A DNA stretch of 63,240 nt, the filler included, from Gemmatimonadota bacterium (GTDB taxonomy: Bacteria > 4572-55 > J002), in assembly GCA_003697105.1 (NCBI GenBank). It is 3 parts of 3 records of this genome, joined end to end, with 100 filler letters (N's around TTAATTAATTAA, not from the genome) between each part and the next. Parts side by side here need not be neighbours in the genome. Positions count along the whole stretch, not along the records: positions 1 to 28,263 come from RFFQ01000178.1; positions 28,364 to 49,598 come from RFFQ01000179.1; 1 more part is not named here. One strand, 5' to 3'. A program made the translations under genes and the position numbers. This document shows positions 19,002 through 28,364 of the stretch, one piece after another. Under the pieces are notes generated by a model. It searched no databases, was not told where the DNA came from, and worked only from the letters and a program-made list of their open reading frames with translations. Positions within the stretch are counted from its first letter, which is position 1, and every line of letters begins with the position of its first letter.

Positions 19002-21452
19002 ATGCAACACATTCATATAATCGCTCTGTTTTTAGTGCTGGCATATTCTACCGGATGGGGGCAAACGTTGGCAGGGGTTGTCCTTGATGCGGAAACGCAA
19101 AAACCCTTAAATGGGGCAAATGTGATCTTGGAAGGAACTCCGCCACGCACCACAATATCAAATACGGAGGGTCAATTTGAATTTAAAAACATCAAGCCAT
19201 CAACATATCAATTACACGTCAGTTATATCGGTTATCAATCTTATAAAAAATCGATTGTAATCGAGCAGGATCAAACGCTGACCATTTTGCTCCAACCGGC
19301 AGCCGTCCCATTAGATGAAGTGTTAGTGCTTTCGAGCCGTGCTCGTGATCGAGAGACTCCAGCGGCATTCTCTACCCTGACGCGTAATGACATCGAAAAC
19401 CGGTATGCGGCACAGGATATCCCCATGTTACTCAGCGAGTTACCGTCGATCAAGGCGTATTCAGAAACGGGTCATGGTGTGGGGTACACGTATCTTTCGA
19501 TTCGTGGGTTTGACCAGCGCCGGATTTCGGTGTTGATCAATGGTGTTCCCCAGAATGACCCCGAAGACCATAATGTGTACTGGGTTGATCTGCCGGATTT
19601 GGTCGCTAATGTTGAGGACATTCAGGTGCAACGTGGCGCAGGCAGTGCTTTTTATGGACCTCCGGCGATTGGTGGGTCCATCAACATCATTACGTCTCAT
19701 TTTAAGGTAAAACCAAAGTTAACCGTCCAGACCGGTTTTGGTAGTTATGAGACACAGCGTCACTCACTTGCCCTCAACAGTGGACTGATCAAAGACCGGT
19801 ATATTTTGCACGGGCGGATTTCTCAAATCAAGAGCGATGGTTATCGGGACCAATCGTGGGTAGATTTCAAAAGTTATTTTTTGGGGATTCAGCGTCTGGG
19901 AGAACGCACAACAGCCCGCTTGCAGTTTTATGGTGGCCCCATTGAGGATCACCTCGCCTATAGTGGAATTTCTAAAGCGGATGCTAAAGATCAGGACTTA
20001 CGCAAACAGAATCCGATCCAGCGTCCGGATGAAATTGAGAATTTCAACCAACCTCATCTGGATTTTATCCATGAATTTCGGGTAAATGATCGATTAAAAA
20101 TCAATAATACCATTTTTGGAATTTGGGGCTACGGCTTTTTTGATTATGACGGATCGTGGGCGCCAATGTCTTACTTCCGCCTGACACCGGAATACGGATT
20201 TGACATCCAAGACCCGGAAAACACGTATGTGGATAGTTTGCTCATCCGGGCATATGTGGACAACCAACAATACGGGTGGTATCCGCAGGTAACGCTCAAG
20301 CAAGATTGGGGTGGAATTGTCAGTGGAGCGGAATTCCGTACCCATCGTTCCCTGCACTGGGGGCGTATTCAGAAGGGTGACAGCGAGCTACCCCGTGCTA
20401 TTTCCGGGGATTATCAGGGTTTGAATTACGTAGGCAGCCGCCGTTATTATGAATACAAAGGCGGGAAAGATATTATTTCGCCGTTTTTCCGGCTTAATTA
20501 TTATGTACGCCCCAACATCAATTTGATGGTTGACCTACAATATGTGTATCTCAAATATAAATTATATGATGAAAAATTTATCGGCACAGACTTTGATTTG
20601 ACATATCACTTTCTCAATCCCCGAATTGGAATCAATTACAATATTGACGATCAATTGAGTACATTTGTCAGTTTTTCCCGGACAAGCCGCGAACCCCGAC
20701 TCAAGAACTTCTATGATGCCGCGGAAGCCAGTACCCCGGAAAGTTGGGGAGCGGTCGTGCCTCAGTTTGAAGTCAACTCCGATGGAAGCTATAATTTTGA
20801 TGAACCTTTAGTGAATCCAGAAGTGTTAAACGATTATGAGTGGGGCTTGAGCTACCGGAAAGAACGGCTATTTGCTAGCGTCAATCTGTTCTATATGGAT
20901 TTTCAAGATGAAATCATTAAGAGCGGCCAACTAGACCGTTTTGGACAACCGGTCACAGGTAATGCCGAACAGACCGTTCATGCCGGAATCGAACTTGCGG
21001 CAACCCTACCGCTTCATGAAACATTGACGTTGAGTGGAAATTTCACATACAGCCAAAATGAGCTGAAAAAATACACGGTTTACGACTCCGATGAAACCGA
21101 GATCGATTTAGCTGGGAATCCAATCGCGGGTTTCCCCGATATACTGGGCAATGCCCGTGTAACGTACTCCAATTTTGGATTGACGGCATCCTTGAAAATG
21201 CAACACGTTGGTAAGCAATACACGGATAATTTTAAAAATGAAGAGAATACCGTCGATCCGTACACGGTCTTTGACCTCAATCTAAACTATCAAGTACCTG
21301 TAGAACCGCTCACCGGACTTTCGGTTAAAATGCATATTAATAATCTGTTTGATGAACTGTACATCTCGCATGGTGAAGGAGATTCGTTTTTTCCGGCGGC
21401 AGAACGGAACTTTTTTGTCGGCATGAGTTATGAACTCACCGGCAGCCGCTAA
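19002..21452 (+). CDS. TonB-dependent outer-membrane receptor, probably for thiamine or a precursor
   Basis: Signal peptide, CarboxypepD_reg-like N-domain, plug motifs IRGF..R..VLING.P and IQVQRGAGS...G..AIGGSIN, NNLFD C-terminal barrel motif; lies under a TPP riboswitch. Confidence 0.9.
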   Translation: MQHIHIIALFLVLAYSTGWGQTLAGVVLDAETQKPLNGANVILEGTPPRTTISNTEGQFEFKNIKPSTYQLHVSYIGYQSYKKSIVIEQDQTLTILLQPAAVPLDEVLVLSSRARDRETPAAFSTLTRNDIENRYAAQDIPMLLSELPSIKAYSETGHGVGYTYLSIRGFDQRRISVLINGVPQNDPEDHNVYWVDLPDLVANVEDIQVQRGAGSAFYGPPAIGGSINIITSHFKVKPKLTVQTGFGSYETQRHSLALNSGLIKDRYILHGRISQIKSDGYRDQSWVDFKSYFLGIQRLGERTTARLQFYGGPIEDHLAYSGISKADAKDQDLRKQNPIQRPDEIENFNQPHLDFIHEFRVNDRLKINNTIFGIWGYGFFDYDGSWAPMSYFRLTPEYGFDIQDPENTYVDSLLIRAYVDNQQYGWYPQVTLKQDWGGIVSGAEFRTHRSLHWGRIQKGDSELPRAISGDYQGLNYVGSRRYYEYKGGKDIISPFFRLNYYVRPNINLMVDLQYVYLKYKLYDEKFIGTDFDLTYHFLNPRIGINYNIDDQLSTFVSFSRTSREPRLKNFYDAAEASTPESWGAVVPQFEVNSDGSYNFDEPLVNPEVLNDYEWGLSYRKERLFASVNLFYMDFQDEIIKSGQLDRFGQPVTGNAEQTVHAGIELAATLPLHETLTLSGNFTYSQNELKKYTVYDSDETEIDLAGNPIAGFPDILGNARVTYSNFGLTASLKMQHVGKQYTDNFKNEENTVDPYTVFDLNLNYQVPVEPLTGLSVKMHINNLFDELYISHGEGDSFFPAAERNFFVGMSYELTGSR

Positions 21453-21500
21453 CTTTAAACTTGACAATCTTCTTAAAATTCATGATGTAGTACCAACTCA

Positions 21501-21538
21501 AACCCCTTCATGGTTTCAGTATGAAGGGGTTCTTTTTT
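21501..21538 (+). terminator. Intrinsic terminator
   Basis: AACCCCTTCAT-N9-ATGAAGGGGTT followed by a T run. Confidence 0.75.
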
Positions 21539-22397
21539 GTTGATTTTCAAGGATATGATGATGATTCGATTATATACATGTTTACTTGGTGTTATTTTGG
21601 TGTTGACGGGTTGCGCCTCCGCCCCGAAACCACCATCGTCTTCAGAAATATCGAACCAGTTACCGGAATTACCCCTACCGATTAATCTGATGGGTCAAGC
21701 GGGGGATCAACAGGCACAATTACACTGGGAATTACAGGGAGAATTGAATAAATATGTCCTCGGCTATCAGATTTTCGTAAGCGATAAGCCGTTAGCGGGA
21801 CTTAGCACTGCCCAATTACCCGCCCCGCGTGCCACGTGGCCTCCTTATCATTTGGATGGCGATAGCAATGATTGGACGCATTATCAATTAGACGATCTAA
21901 AAAATGGAGAACGATACTATATACACCTCCGGATCGTAGGCTCAAACCAACGAGTCAGTGCCCCCTCGAACGAAGTGACGGTCATCCCGCGCCCAGAAGG
22001 GGTTATCAAACTTTATGAAACATCATCCAAGTCTTTCAGTGCGTTTGATTTTTCTCACCTGGAATTGGTCAGCAGTACCAGCCAAAATGCTGATATTGTG
22101 TTTGATGTCCGCCAAAAAGTGCCACTATTGCGCAGCCCTCATTTACGTCAAAAAGGGCTGCGTAAAACTGGCATTGTAGATTTGAAAACGAGCTATCAAT
22201 TTCCCCAGTTCAATGAAGTCCCCCACCTTGTGCTTGTGGCAGAGGAACAAGCTGAAGTGGGGCATCTGTTTGTCATCCATACAGCAGATGGAAATTATGC
22301 GAAACTTCAGGTGGAATCCCTAGGAGGATCGCCACCAAACCGGTATGTAGAGCTACGATATTGTTACCAAACCCTTCCCGGCGTCACTCAATTTTGA
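21537..22397 (+). CDS. Lipoprotein with a fibronectin type III-like domain (true start probably 21555-21561)
   Basis: Lipobox LTGC; FN3-like AGDQQAQLHW...GY...L-x-N-G-x-x-Y...SNEV; C-terminal TADGNYAKLQV motif. Confidence 0.7.
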   Translation: MLIFKDMMMIRLYTCLLGVILVLTGCASAPKPPSSSEISNQLPELPLPINLMGQAGDQQAQLHWELQGELNKYVLGYQIFVSDKPLAGLSTAQLPAPRATWPPYHLDGDSNDWTHYQLDDLKNGERYYIHLRIVGSNQRVSAPSNEVTVIPRPEGVIKLYETSSKSFSAFDFSHLELVSSTSQNADIVFDVRQKVPLLRSPHLRQKGLRKTGIVDLKTSYQFPQFNEVPHLVLVAEEQAEVGHLFVIHTADGNYAKLQVESLGGSPPNRYVELRYCYQTLPGVTQF

Positions 22398-22404
22398 ATT
22401 CTGA

Positions 22405-22433
22405 TTGACAGGAGGTATTTCCGTTATTATGTT
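22405..22433 (+). promoter_or_regulatory. sigma70-type promoter of the mnmG operon
   Basis: TTGACA-N17-TATGTT. Confidence 0.5.
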
Positions 22434-22480
22434 TCTAGCACATTTTTTTCACATTTACCGCGGTTGGGGTAAGAGGTTTC

Positions 22481-24361
22481 ATGGCACGTAATCGTAAATA
22501 TGACATCATCGTAGTGGGTGCCGGTCACGCTGGGTGTGAAGCCGCACTCGCGGCCGCACGGATGGGAATGCGGACGGCATTATTCACGCTAAATTTAGAT
22601 CATGTTGCCCAAATGTCCTGCAACCCCGCAATTGGCGGCTTGGCAAAAGGGCAGTTAGTGCGTGAAATCGATGCCCTTGGCGGCGAAATGGCAAAAGTGA
22701 CAGATAAAACCGGTATTCAGTTCCGAATGTTGAACACTCGGAAGGGACCGGCGGTCTGGTCACCCCGAGCCCAATCGGACAAAAAAGCATACCAGCTTCA
22801 GATGAAATATGTTGTAGAAAATCAGGAAAACCTTGATCTCAAACAAGCGTTGATTGAGCGAATCTTGATTAAAGAAGGGTGTGCTTATGGTGTCCAAACC
22901 CAGATTGGAATGGAATACAATGCCGACGCGATCATCCTGACCACGGGTACATTTTTACGTGGGCTGATTCATATTGGACACAACAATTTTTCTGGGGGTC
23001 GGGCAGGGGACACCGCAGCCGAAACACTTTCCAGTGATTTGCGTAATGCCGGGTTTGAACTGGCACGCTTCAAAACGGGCACCCCCCCCCGGCTTGATGC
23101 GAAAACCATCGATTTTTCCAAACTTGAAATTCAACCGGGCGATAATCCACCACCGGCATTTTCATTTCAAACAAAAGCAATTACCCAACCCCAAATTCCA
23201 TGCTGGATCACCTATACGACGGAAAAGACGCACGATCTCATTCGGGAAAATTTAGATGCTTCCCCGATGTATGCCGGGATTATTGAAGGCACAGGTCCCC
23301 GGTATTGCCCTTCCATTGAAGATAAAGTGGTGCGTTTTGCCGATAAAACCCGCCACCAGATTTTCCTTGAGCCAGAGGGGTATCACACCCGCGAAATTTA
23401 CTGCAATGGTATATCCACAAGCTTACCGGAGGAAGTCCAATGGGAACTGGTACACACGATCCCCGGTTTAGAAAATGCAGAAATCATGCGTCCGGGTTAT
23501 GCCATTGAATATGATTATGCCCCGCCGAATCAAATCCACATGACAATGGAAACCAAAGCGGTGGAAAACCTCTATTTTGCCGGACAAATCAACGGAACAA
23601 CAGGTTATGAAGAAGCCGCCGTACAAGGGCTGATGGCAGGAATCAACGCGGTGCGAAAACTCCGCGGGCAATCACCTTTTATTCTTCAACGTTCGGAAGC
23701 CTATATTGGCGTATTGATTGACGATCTGGTTACAAAAGGCGTAGATGAACCCTACCGGATGTTCACCAGCCGTGCGGAATACCGCTTGGTATTACGGCAG
23801 GATAACGCCGATGAACGGTTAATGCCTTACGGGTATGACTTAGGATTATTGCCAGAAACGGTTTATCGCGCATTCGAGAAAAAGCAAGCCTGCATTGACG
23901 CAGAAATCGACCGGATGCACTCTGTGCGAGTCAAACCAAAAGAACTGAACCCATTTTTGGCAACCGCCGGCGGCGCTCCGGTGAATGAATCCCTTTCATT
24001 AGCTGATTTAATCAAGCGCGTAGAATTCGATTACGCGACATTGGCGGAGATCGACCCAGACCGCACGCCATTACCGGAGGAGGTCACGCGACAAGTGGAG
24101 CTAAAGATAAAATACGAGGGTTACATCAAACGCCAGACGGAACAAATTGAACGATTTCGCAAGATGGAACAACTTCAGATTCCACAGGACGTCAATTTCC
24201 GTGAAATTCAGGGAATTACCCTCGAAGCGCGGGAGAAGCTTTCGCGCATCCGTCCGGTTTCCGTCGGGCAAGCCTCCCGAATTTCAGGCGTATCCCCGGC
24301 GGATATTGCGGTATTAATGGTACATCTCAAAGCACGGACTCAAACCAGCAAATTAGGTTAA
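22481..24361 (+). CDS. mnmG: tRNA uridine-5-carboxymethylaminomethyl modification enzyme
   Basis: GAGHAGCEAA, MSCNPAIGG, GPRYCPSIEDK and AGQINGTTGYEEAA motifs. Confidence 0.98.
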   Translation: MARNRKYDIIVVGAGHAGCEAALAAARMGMRTALFTLNLDHVAQMSCNPAIGGLAKGQLVREIDALGGEMAKVTDKTGIQFRMLNTRKGPAVWSPRAQSDKKAYQLQMKYVVENQENLDLKQALIERILIKEGCAYGVQTQIGMEYNADAIILTTGTFLRGLIHIGHNNFSGGRAGDTAAETLSSDLRNAGFELARFKTGTPPRLDAKTIDFSKLEIQPGDNPPPAFSFQTKAITQPQIPCWITYTTEKTHDLIRENLDASPMYAGIIEGTGPRYCPSIEDKVVRFADKTRHQIFLEPEGYHTREIYCNGISTSLPEEVQWELVHTIPGLENAEIMRPGYAIEYDYAPPNQIHMTMETKAVENLYFAGQINGTTGYEEAAVQGLMAGINAVRKLRGQSPFILQRSEAYIGVLIDDLVTKGVDEPYRMFTSRAEYRLVLRQDNADERLMPYGYDLGLLPETVYRAFEKKQACIDAEIDRMHSVRVKPKELNPFLATAGGAPVNESLSLADLIKRVEFDYATLAEIDPDRTPLPEEVTRQVELKIKYEGYIKRQTEQIERFRKMEQLQIPQDVNFREIQGITLEAREKLSRIRPVSVGQASRISGVSPADIAVLMVHLKARTQTSKLG

Positions 24362-24365
24362 TCAA

Positions 24366-25061
24366 ATGGATGTTTCACGTGAAACATCAGCGGTATCTGA
24401 TTGGCAATACTCATTTTTAGAGGGGCTTCGTTCATTTAATATTGAATTGGAGGAGGAGCAATTACGCCAATTTCAGCACTACCACCAGTTGCTTGTCGCA
24501 TGGAATCGCCGGATCAATTTAGTCTCCAGAAAGGATGCAACCCGCCTTGAAATTGCCCACTTTTTGGATTCATTACTGATCGTGCCGGAATTACAACGAC
24601 GGCGTCCCCAAACGTTAATCGACGTGGGAACCGGAGGAGGATTCCCCGGCTTGCCTTTAAAACTGGCGTTACCGGAGATGAACACCACCCTTGTGGATGC
24701 GTCACGCAAGAAAACACTGTTTCTGCGGCATTTTATCCGAGAAACCCAACTCGCTGGAGTAACCATTTTAAACATCCGAGCGGAAGCGTTAGCACAATCC
24801 CATGCAGGACAGTTTCAGGTGGGGGTTGCCCGAGCCGTTGCCGCGCTCGAGACGCTAATTCCGCTAATGCTACCCCTACTGCGTCCCGGAGGTATTTTTT
24901 TTGCATATAAAGGCGGGGATTTAAAAAACGAAATTGACGCATCAAAACCTGTTTTAGCACAGTACCACGCATCACTTGAAACCGTTCATACGTTTAAACT
25001 ACCCGGTATTCAAAAAGAACGCAAAATTTTAGTCATCTGTAAGCACTCTGAGGAAAAATAA
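24366..25061 (+). CDS. rsmG: 16S rRNA m7G527 methyltransferase
   Basis: WN..INL, HFLDSL, DVGTGGGFPG and ARAV motifs; follows mnmG. Confidence 0.95.
   Translation: MDVSRETSAVSDWQYSFLEGLRSFNIELEEEQLRQFQHYHQLLVAWNRRINLVSRKDATRLEIAHFLDSLLIVPELQRRRPQTLIDVGTGGGFPGLPLKLALPEMNTTLVDASRKKTLFLRHFIRETQLAGVTILNIRAEALAQSHAGQFQVGVARAVAALETLIPLMLPLLRPGGIFFAYKGGDLKNEIDASKPVLAQYHASLETVHTFKLPGIQKERKILVICKHSEEK
24371..24386. promoter_or_regulatory. parS centromere-like site
   Basis: Perfect palindrome TGTTTCACGTGAAACA, about 0.7 kb upstream of parAB. Confidence 0.93.
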
Positions 25062-25068
25062 AAACGTT

Positions 25069-25833
25069 ATGGCACGAGTCATCGCCATTACCAATCAAAA
25101 AGGGGGCGTGGGTAAAACGACAACCTCGATCAACTTAGCCGCATGCCTTGTGGAAGCGGGACAGCGCGTGCTACTCGTTGATATGGACTCCCAAGCAAAT
25201 TCTACGAGCGGGTTGGGAATTGACAAAAATGCAGTTGAGACCAGTATTTACCACGTGTTGATCGGAGAAGCGAACCTGCAAGAAATTATCCGGCCAATCG
25301 CGGTCGATTTTGATCTCGCCCCATCAAACCCTCATCTTATCGGGGCGGAAGTGGAATTGATTCAAACTCTAGCACGGGAACAACGGCTCAAAAATGCCCT
25401 CCAACCCCTACGAGAGGCATATGACTTTATCATCATTGACTGCCCTCCGTCATTAGGGTTACTTACTATCAACAGTTTGACCGCCTCCGATAAAGTATTG
25501 ATCCCCATCCAATCAGAGTATTACGCCTTGGAAGGGTTGCAACAATTGTTAAACACCATCGAATTACTGAAACGGAGTGGCTTAAATTCAACGTTGGATA
25601 TCGAAGGGGTGCTAATCACCATGTATGATCAACGGTTGAACCTATCCAAACAGGTCATGGAAGAAGTAGAATCTTTTTTTAAGGATAAAATTTACAAAAC
25701 CGTTATTCCTCGTAACGTCCGGCTTAGTGAGTCTCCTAGTTTTGGGCAGACGATCATTGAATATGCCCCGGACTCCTCTGGGGCACAAAGTTACCAACAA
25801 TTAGCAAAAGAGGTATTATCTCGTGAAGGGTAA
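25069..25833 (+). CDS. parA: Chromosome partition ATPase ParA/Soj
   Basis: NQKGGVGKTT, IDCPPSLG and PIQSEYYALEG motifs. Confidence 0.96.
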   Translation: MARVIAITNQKGGVGKTTTSINLAACLVEAGQRVLLVDMDSQANSTSGLGIDKNAVETSIYHVLIGEANLQEIIRPIAVDFDLAPSNPHLIGAEVELIQTLAREQRLKNALQPLREAYDFIIIDCPPSLGLLTINSLTASDKVLIPIQSEYYALEGLQQLLNTIELLKRSGLNSTLDIEGVLITMYDQRLNLSKQVMEEVESFFKDKIYKTVIPRNVRLSESPSFGQTIIEYAPDSSGAQSYQQLAKEVLSREG

Positions 25834-26704
25834 ATCAAACCGGCTGGGACGCGGATTAGGCGCATTGATCCCGGGTGGTGAAAGCGTGGGTAAAGGTGAA
25901 CACGTTTTACATCTCGAACTAAATCAAATCCAACCCAATGCACTTCAGCCCCGCCGGGAATTTGACACCGAAAAACTGGAAGAATTGGCACAATCGATTC
26001 GGATCAATGGTGTGTTGCAACCCATTATCGTCCGGCAACAGGATACAGATAGTACCTATGAGTTAGTTGCTGGAGAACGCCGCTGGCGAGCGTCCCAATT
26101 AGCCGGATTAACGAAAATTCCTGCCATTGTTCGTGACGTTTCCAATGACCAGCTATTACAGCTCGCCTTGATCGAAAATATCCAACGAGAAAACTTAAAT
26201 CCGGTAGAGGAAGCCCAAGCTTACGAACAGTTAATCCAACAATGGGGTTGGACACAAGAAGAACTCGCCGTACAAGTCGGAAAAAGCCGGTCCACCATTA
26301 CCAATGTTCTGCGGCTACTCAAATTACCGTTAGCCATTCAAAAATATCTTCAAGAAGGACACCTTTCGATGGGACATGCCCGGGCATTGCTCGCGTTACC
26401 CGATACCCCCAGTCAGATTTATTATGGTGAATTGGCCATCAAGGAAAAGCTTTCCGTACGCGAAATAGAAGCCCTCGTTAAAAAGAACCAACGCTCCGGA
26501 AAAAAATCCGGTAACCGGAATTTAAAAATAAAATCGCCTCAATTATCATCCGTAGAAGCGCAATTGCGAACACTTTTGGGCACAAAAGTGGTTGTAAACC
26601 AAAAATCAAATAAAAAAGGTAAAATTGAAATTGAATTCTACTCCAATGAGGATTTGAACCGGCTCATTGAACAGTTCTCAAAAATAGGTGGGTCACATGT
26701 TTGA
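25823..26704 (+). CDS. parB: Chromosome partition protein ParB/Spo0J
   Basis: LGRGLGAL, QPR and AGERRWRA motifs, ENIQRE, HTH region. Confidence 0.96.
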   Translation: MKGKSNRLGRGLGALIPGGESVGKGEHVLHLELNQIQPNALQPRREFDTEKLEELAQSIRINGVLQPIIVRQQDTDSTYELVAGERRWRASQLAGLTKIPAIVRDVSNDQLLQLALIENIQRENLNPVEEAQAYEQLIQQWGWTQEELAVQVGKSRSTITNVLRLLKLPLAIQKYLQEGHLSMGHARALLALPDTPSQIYYGELAIKEKLSVREIEALVKKNQRSGKKSGNRNLKIKSPQLSSVEAQLRTLLGTKVVVNQKSNKKGKIEIEFYSNEDLNRLIEQFSKIGGSHV

Positions 26705-27548
26705 AGAACCAAAAGCGATTTCCATCGTTATTGTGCGGCACGGGATGCACAATCCGATCAACTTACGTATTCCCTTACGGTTATTGTATTTTATCATCGG
26801 TATTTTAACCGTTAGCATGATCATATTAATCAGTTTTTTATGGAATTATGGACGCCTGCAACTGAAAGCACAGATGGTTGACCGTTTAATCGTCGAAAAT
26901 GAGATTCTAACCGAAAAAAACCAAAAAGTGATGGCACTGGCAGAGGAATTGGTCTCCTTACAGGAGATGGACCGCCGTATTCGGGAAATGGCAAAGCGTG
27001 AAACTGGCATTAAACCGGCAGGAAATCCTGGTACAAGTTTATTTGATGCGACAAATGGCGGCGAGGATACCGGTCAAAATGTGAGTTCTTTAATGATGCC
27101 CCGTAAAGCAACCTCAGAACTGGATCAAGCCGTAGAACACCAACGGAAAGCAAAAGATTTCATCCCCTCCATTGATCCTGTCAAACAAGGTTGGGTCAGT
27201 CGCCGGTTCATCAACGCAAAACAGAACCCACACCTTGGAGTTGACATCGCCGCTCCGAAAAATGCCCCCATCCTAGCCACGGGCGCCGGCGTAGTGACTT
27301 TTGCTGGGGCAGATTCCGTGCTCGGAAATCTGGTCATTATTGATCATCACAACACGTTCATCACAAAATATGGGCATACCTCTTCCATAGCCGTGAAAAA
27401 AGGTGAACATGTCACAAAAGGTCAGGTGATTGCCTATGTGGGCAATACGGGACATAGTACATCCCCTCATGTTCATTATGAAATTTGGAAAGAAAATCAA
27501 CCCGTTGATCCGGGGAAATATATTCCGCTTAAAGTATCTGCAAATTGA
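26697..27548 (+). CDS. M23 family peptidase with N-terminal TM and coiled coil
   Basis: HxGVD and PHVHYE zinc motifs; the ATG at 26697 overlaps the parB end. Confidence 0.9.
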   Translation: MFEEPKAISIVIVRHGMHNPINLRIPLRLLYFIIGILTVSMIILISFLWNYGRLQLKAQMVDRLIVENEILTEKNQKVMALAEELVSLQEMDRRIREMAKRETGIKPAGNPGTSLFDATNGGEDTGQNVSSLMMPRKATSELDQAVEHQRKAKDFIPSIDPVKQGWVSRRFINAKQNPHLGVDIAAPKNAPILATGAGVVTFAGADSVLGNLVIIDHHNTFITKYGHTSSIAVKKGEHVTKGQVIAYVGNTGHSTSPHVHYEIWKENQPVDPGKYIPLKVSAN

Positions 27549-27600
27549 CAACAAAAACCATACAACCATCGTTATACTTTAAAAAATGGAGAGTTAAAAC

Positions 27601-27951
27601 GTGTTCAATCCAAAAGAAGGTTCAGGAATTGCAATTACCGTATTAAGTGAAGGATGCACTGGCAAAGGCGAACTTAAAGAAAAAGGCGATGTCCGCATTG
27701 ATGGCGTGTGGGAAGGCACCATTAATGTGGAAGGAACACTGACCATCGGCAAAAGTGGAAAAGTCAACGCCGAAGTAATTGCCAATAATATGGAAATCGG
27801 TGGAACGATTGAAGGTAACGTCCAAGTGATTAATGTCTTAAAAGTGAATAGTACCGCCAATATTTTCGGTGATATTGCCGTTCCCAAAGGTAAACTCAAC
27901 ATGGACGAAGGGGCTCAATTTAATGGAAAAATCCAAATGAAAGACGAGTGA
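27601..27951 (+). CDS. Bactofilin (polymer-forming cytoskeletal protein)
   Basis: RIDG..EG, IG..G.V, G.I.GN and GA.FNG beta-helix repeats; follows the M23 gene. Confidence 0.9.
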   Translation: MFNPKEGSGIAITVLSEGCTGKGELKEKGDVRIDGVWEGTINVEGTLTIGKSGKVNAEVIANNMEIGGTIEGNVQVINVLKVNSTANIFGDIAVPKGKLNMDEGAQFNGKIQMKDE

Positions 27952-27955
27952 TGTC

Positions 27956-28263
27956 ATGCCAAATGACGACCATCATATCATACGGCGCTACCTGTGGATC
28001 ATTATCCGTACGGCGTTAATTGTGGCAGTTATGTTCGTCGTAGCAATAATCTTAGGCTATTTCGTAGGGGGAATTTTTGGCCGTCGGAGTCTATTTATAC
28101 TTTTGTTTAGCGTTGTGGGTATCGCCGGGGGGTCGTTGACCATTTACTATACGATTACCCATACAGACTTCACCGATATTAGCCGAACTCCGAGGACACA
28201 GGGACGAACGATCGACCCTACATCGATATCTTCTTCTACGACGGTCCGATCTCTCGGGATATG
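27956..28263 (+). CDS. Small two-TM membrane protein, AtpZ/AtpI-like; 3' end truncated or unreliable at contig edge
   Basis: Two hydrophobic helices with LGY..G..FG and G..GG pattern; no stop before the N-linker. Confidence 0.45.
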
Positions 28264-28363
28264 NNNNNNNNNNNNNNNNNNNNNNNNNNNNNNNNNNNNN
28301 NNNNNNNTTAATTAATTAANNNNNNNNNNNNNNNNNNNNNNNNNNNNNNNNNNNNNNNNNNNN
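28264..28363. other. Artificial contig linker
   Basis: N44-TTAATTAATTAA-N44, with stops in all six frames. Confidence 0.97.
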
Positions 28364-28364
28364 C

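Noticed and set aside
27545-27578. sigma70 promoter for the bactofilin gene (TTGACA...TATACT)
   Set aside because: The spacer is 22 nt, too long for a standard promoter.
22398-28263. oriC within the window
   Set aside because: No intergenic cluster of TTATCCACA DnaA boxes and no dnaA were seen.
28308-28319. TTAATTAATTAA as a biological motif
   Set aside because: Standard six-frame-stop linker inside N runs, repeated at 49643-49654.
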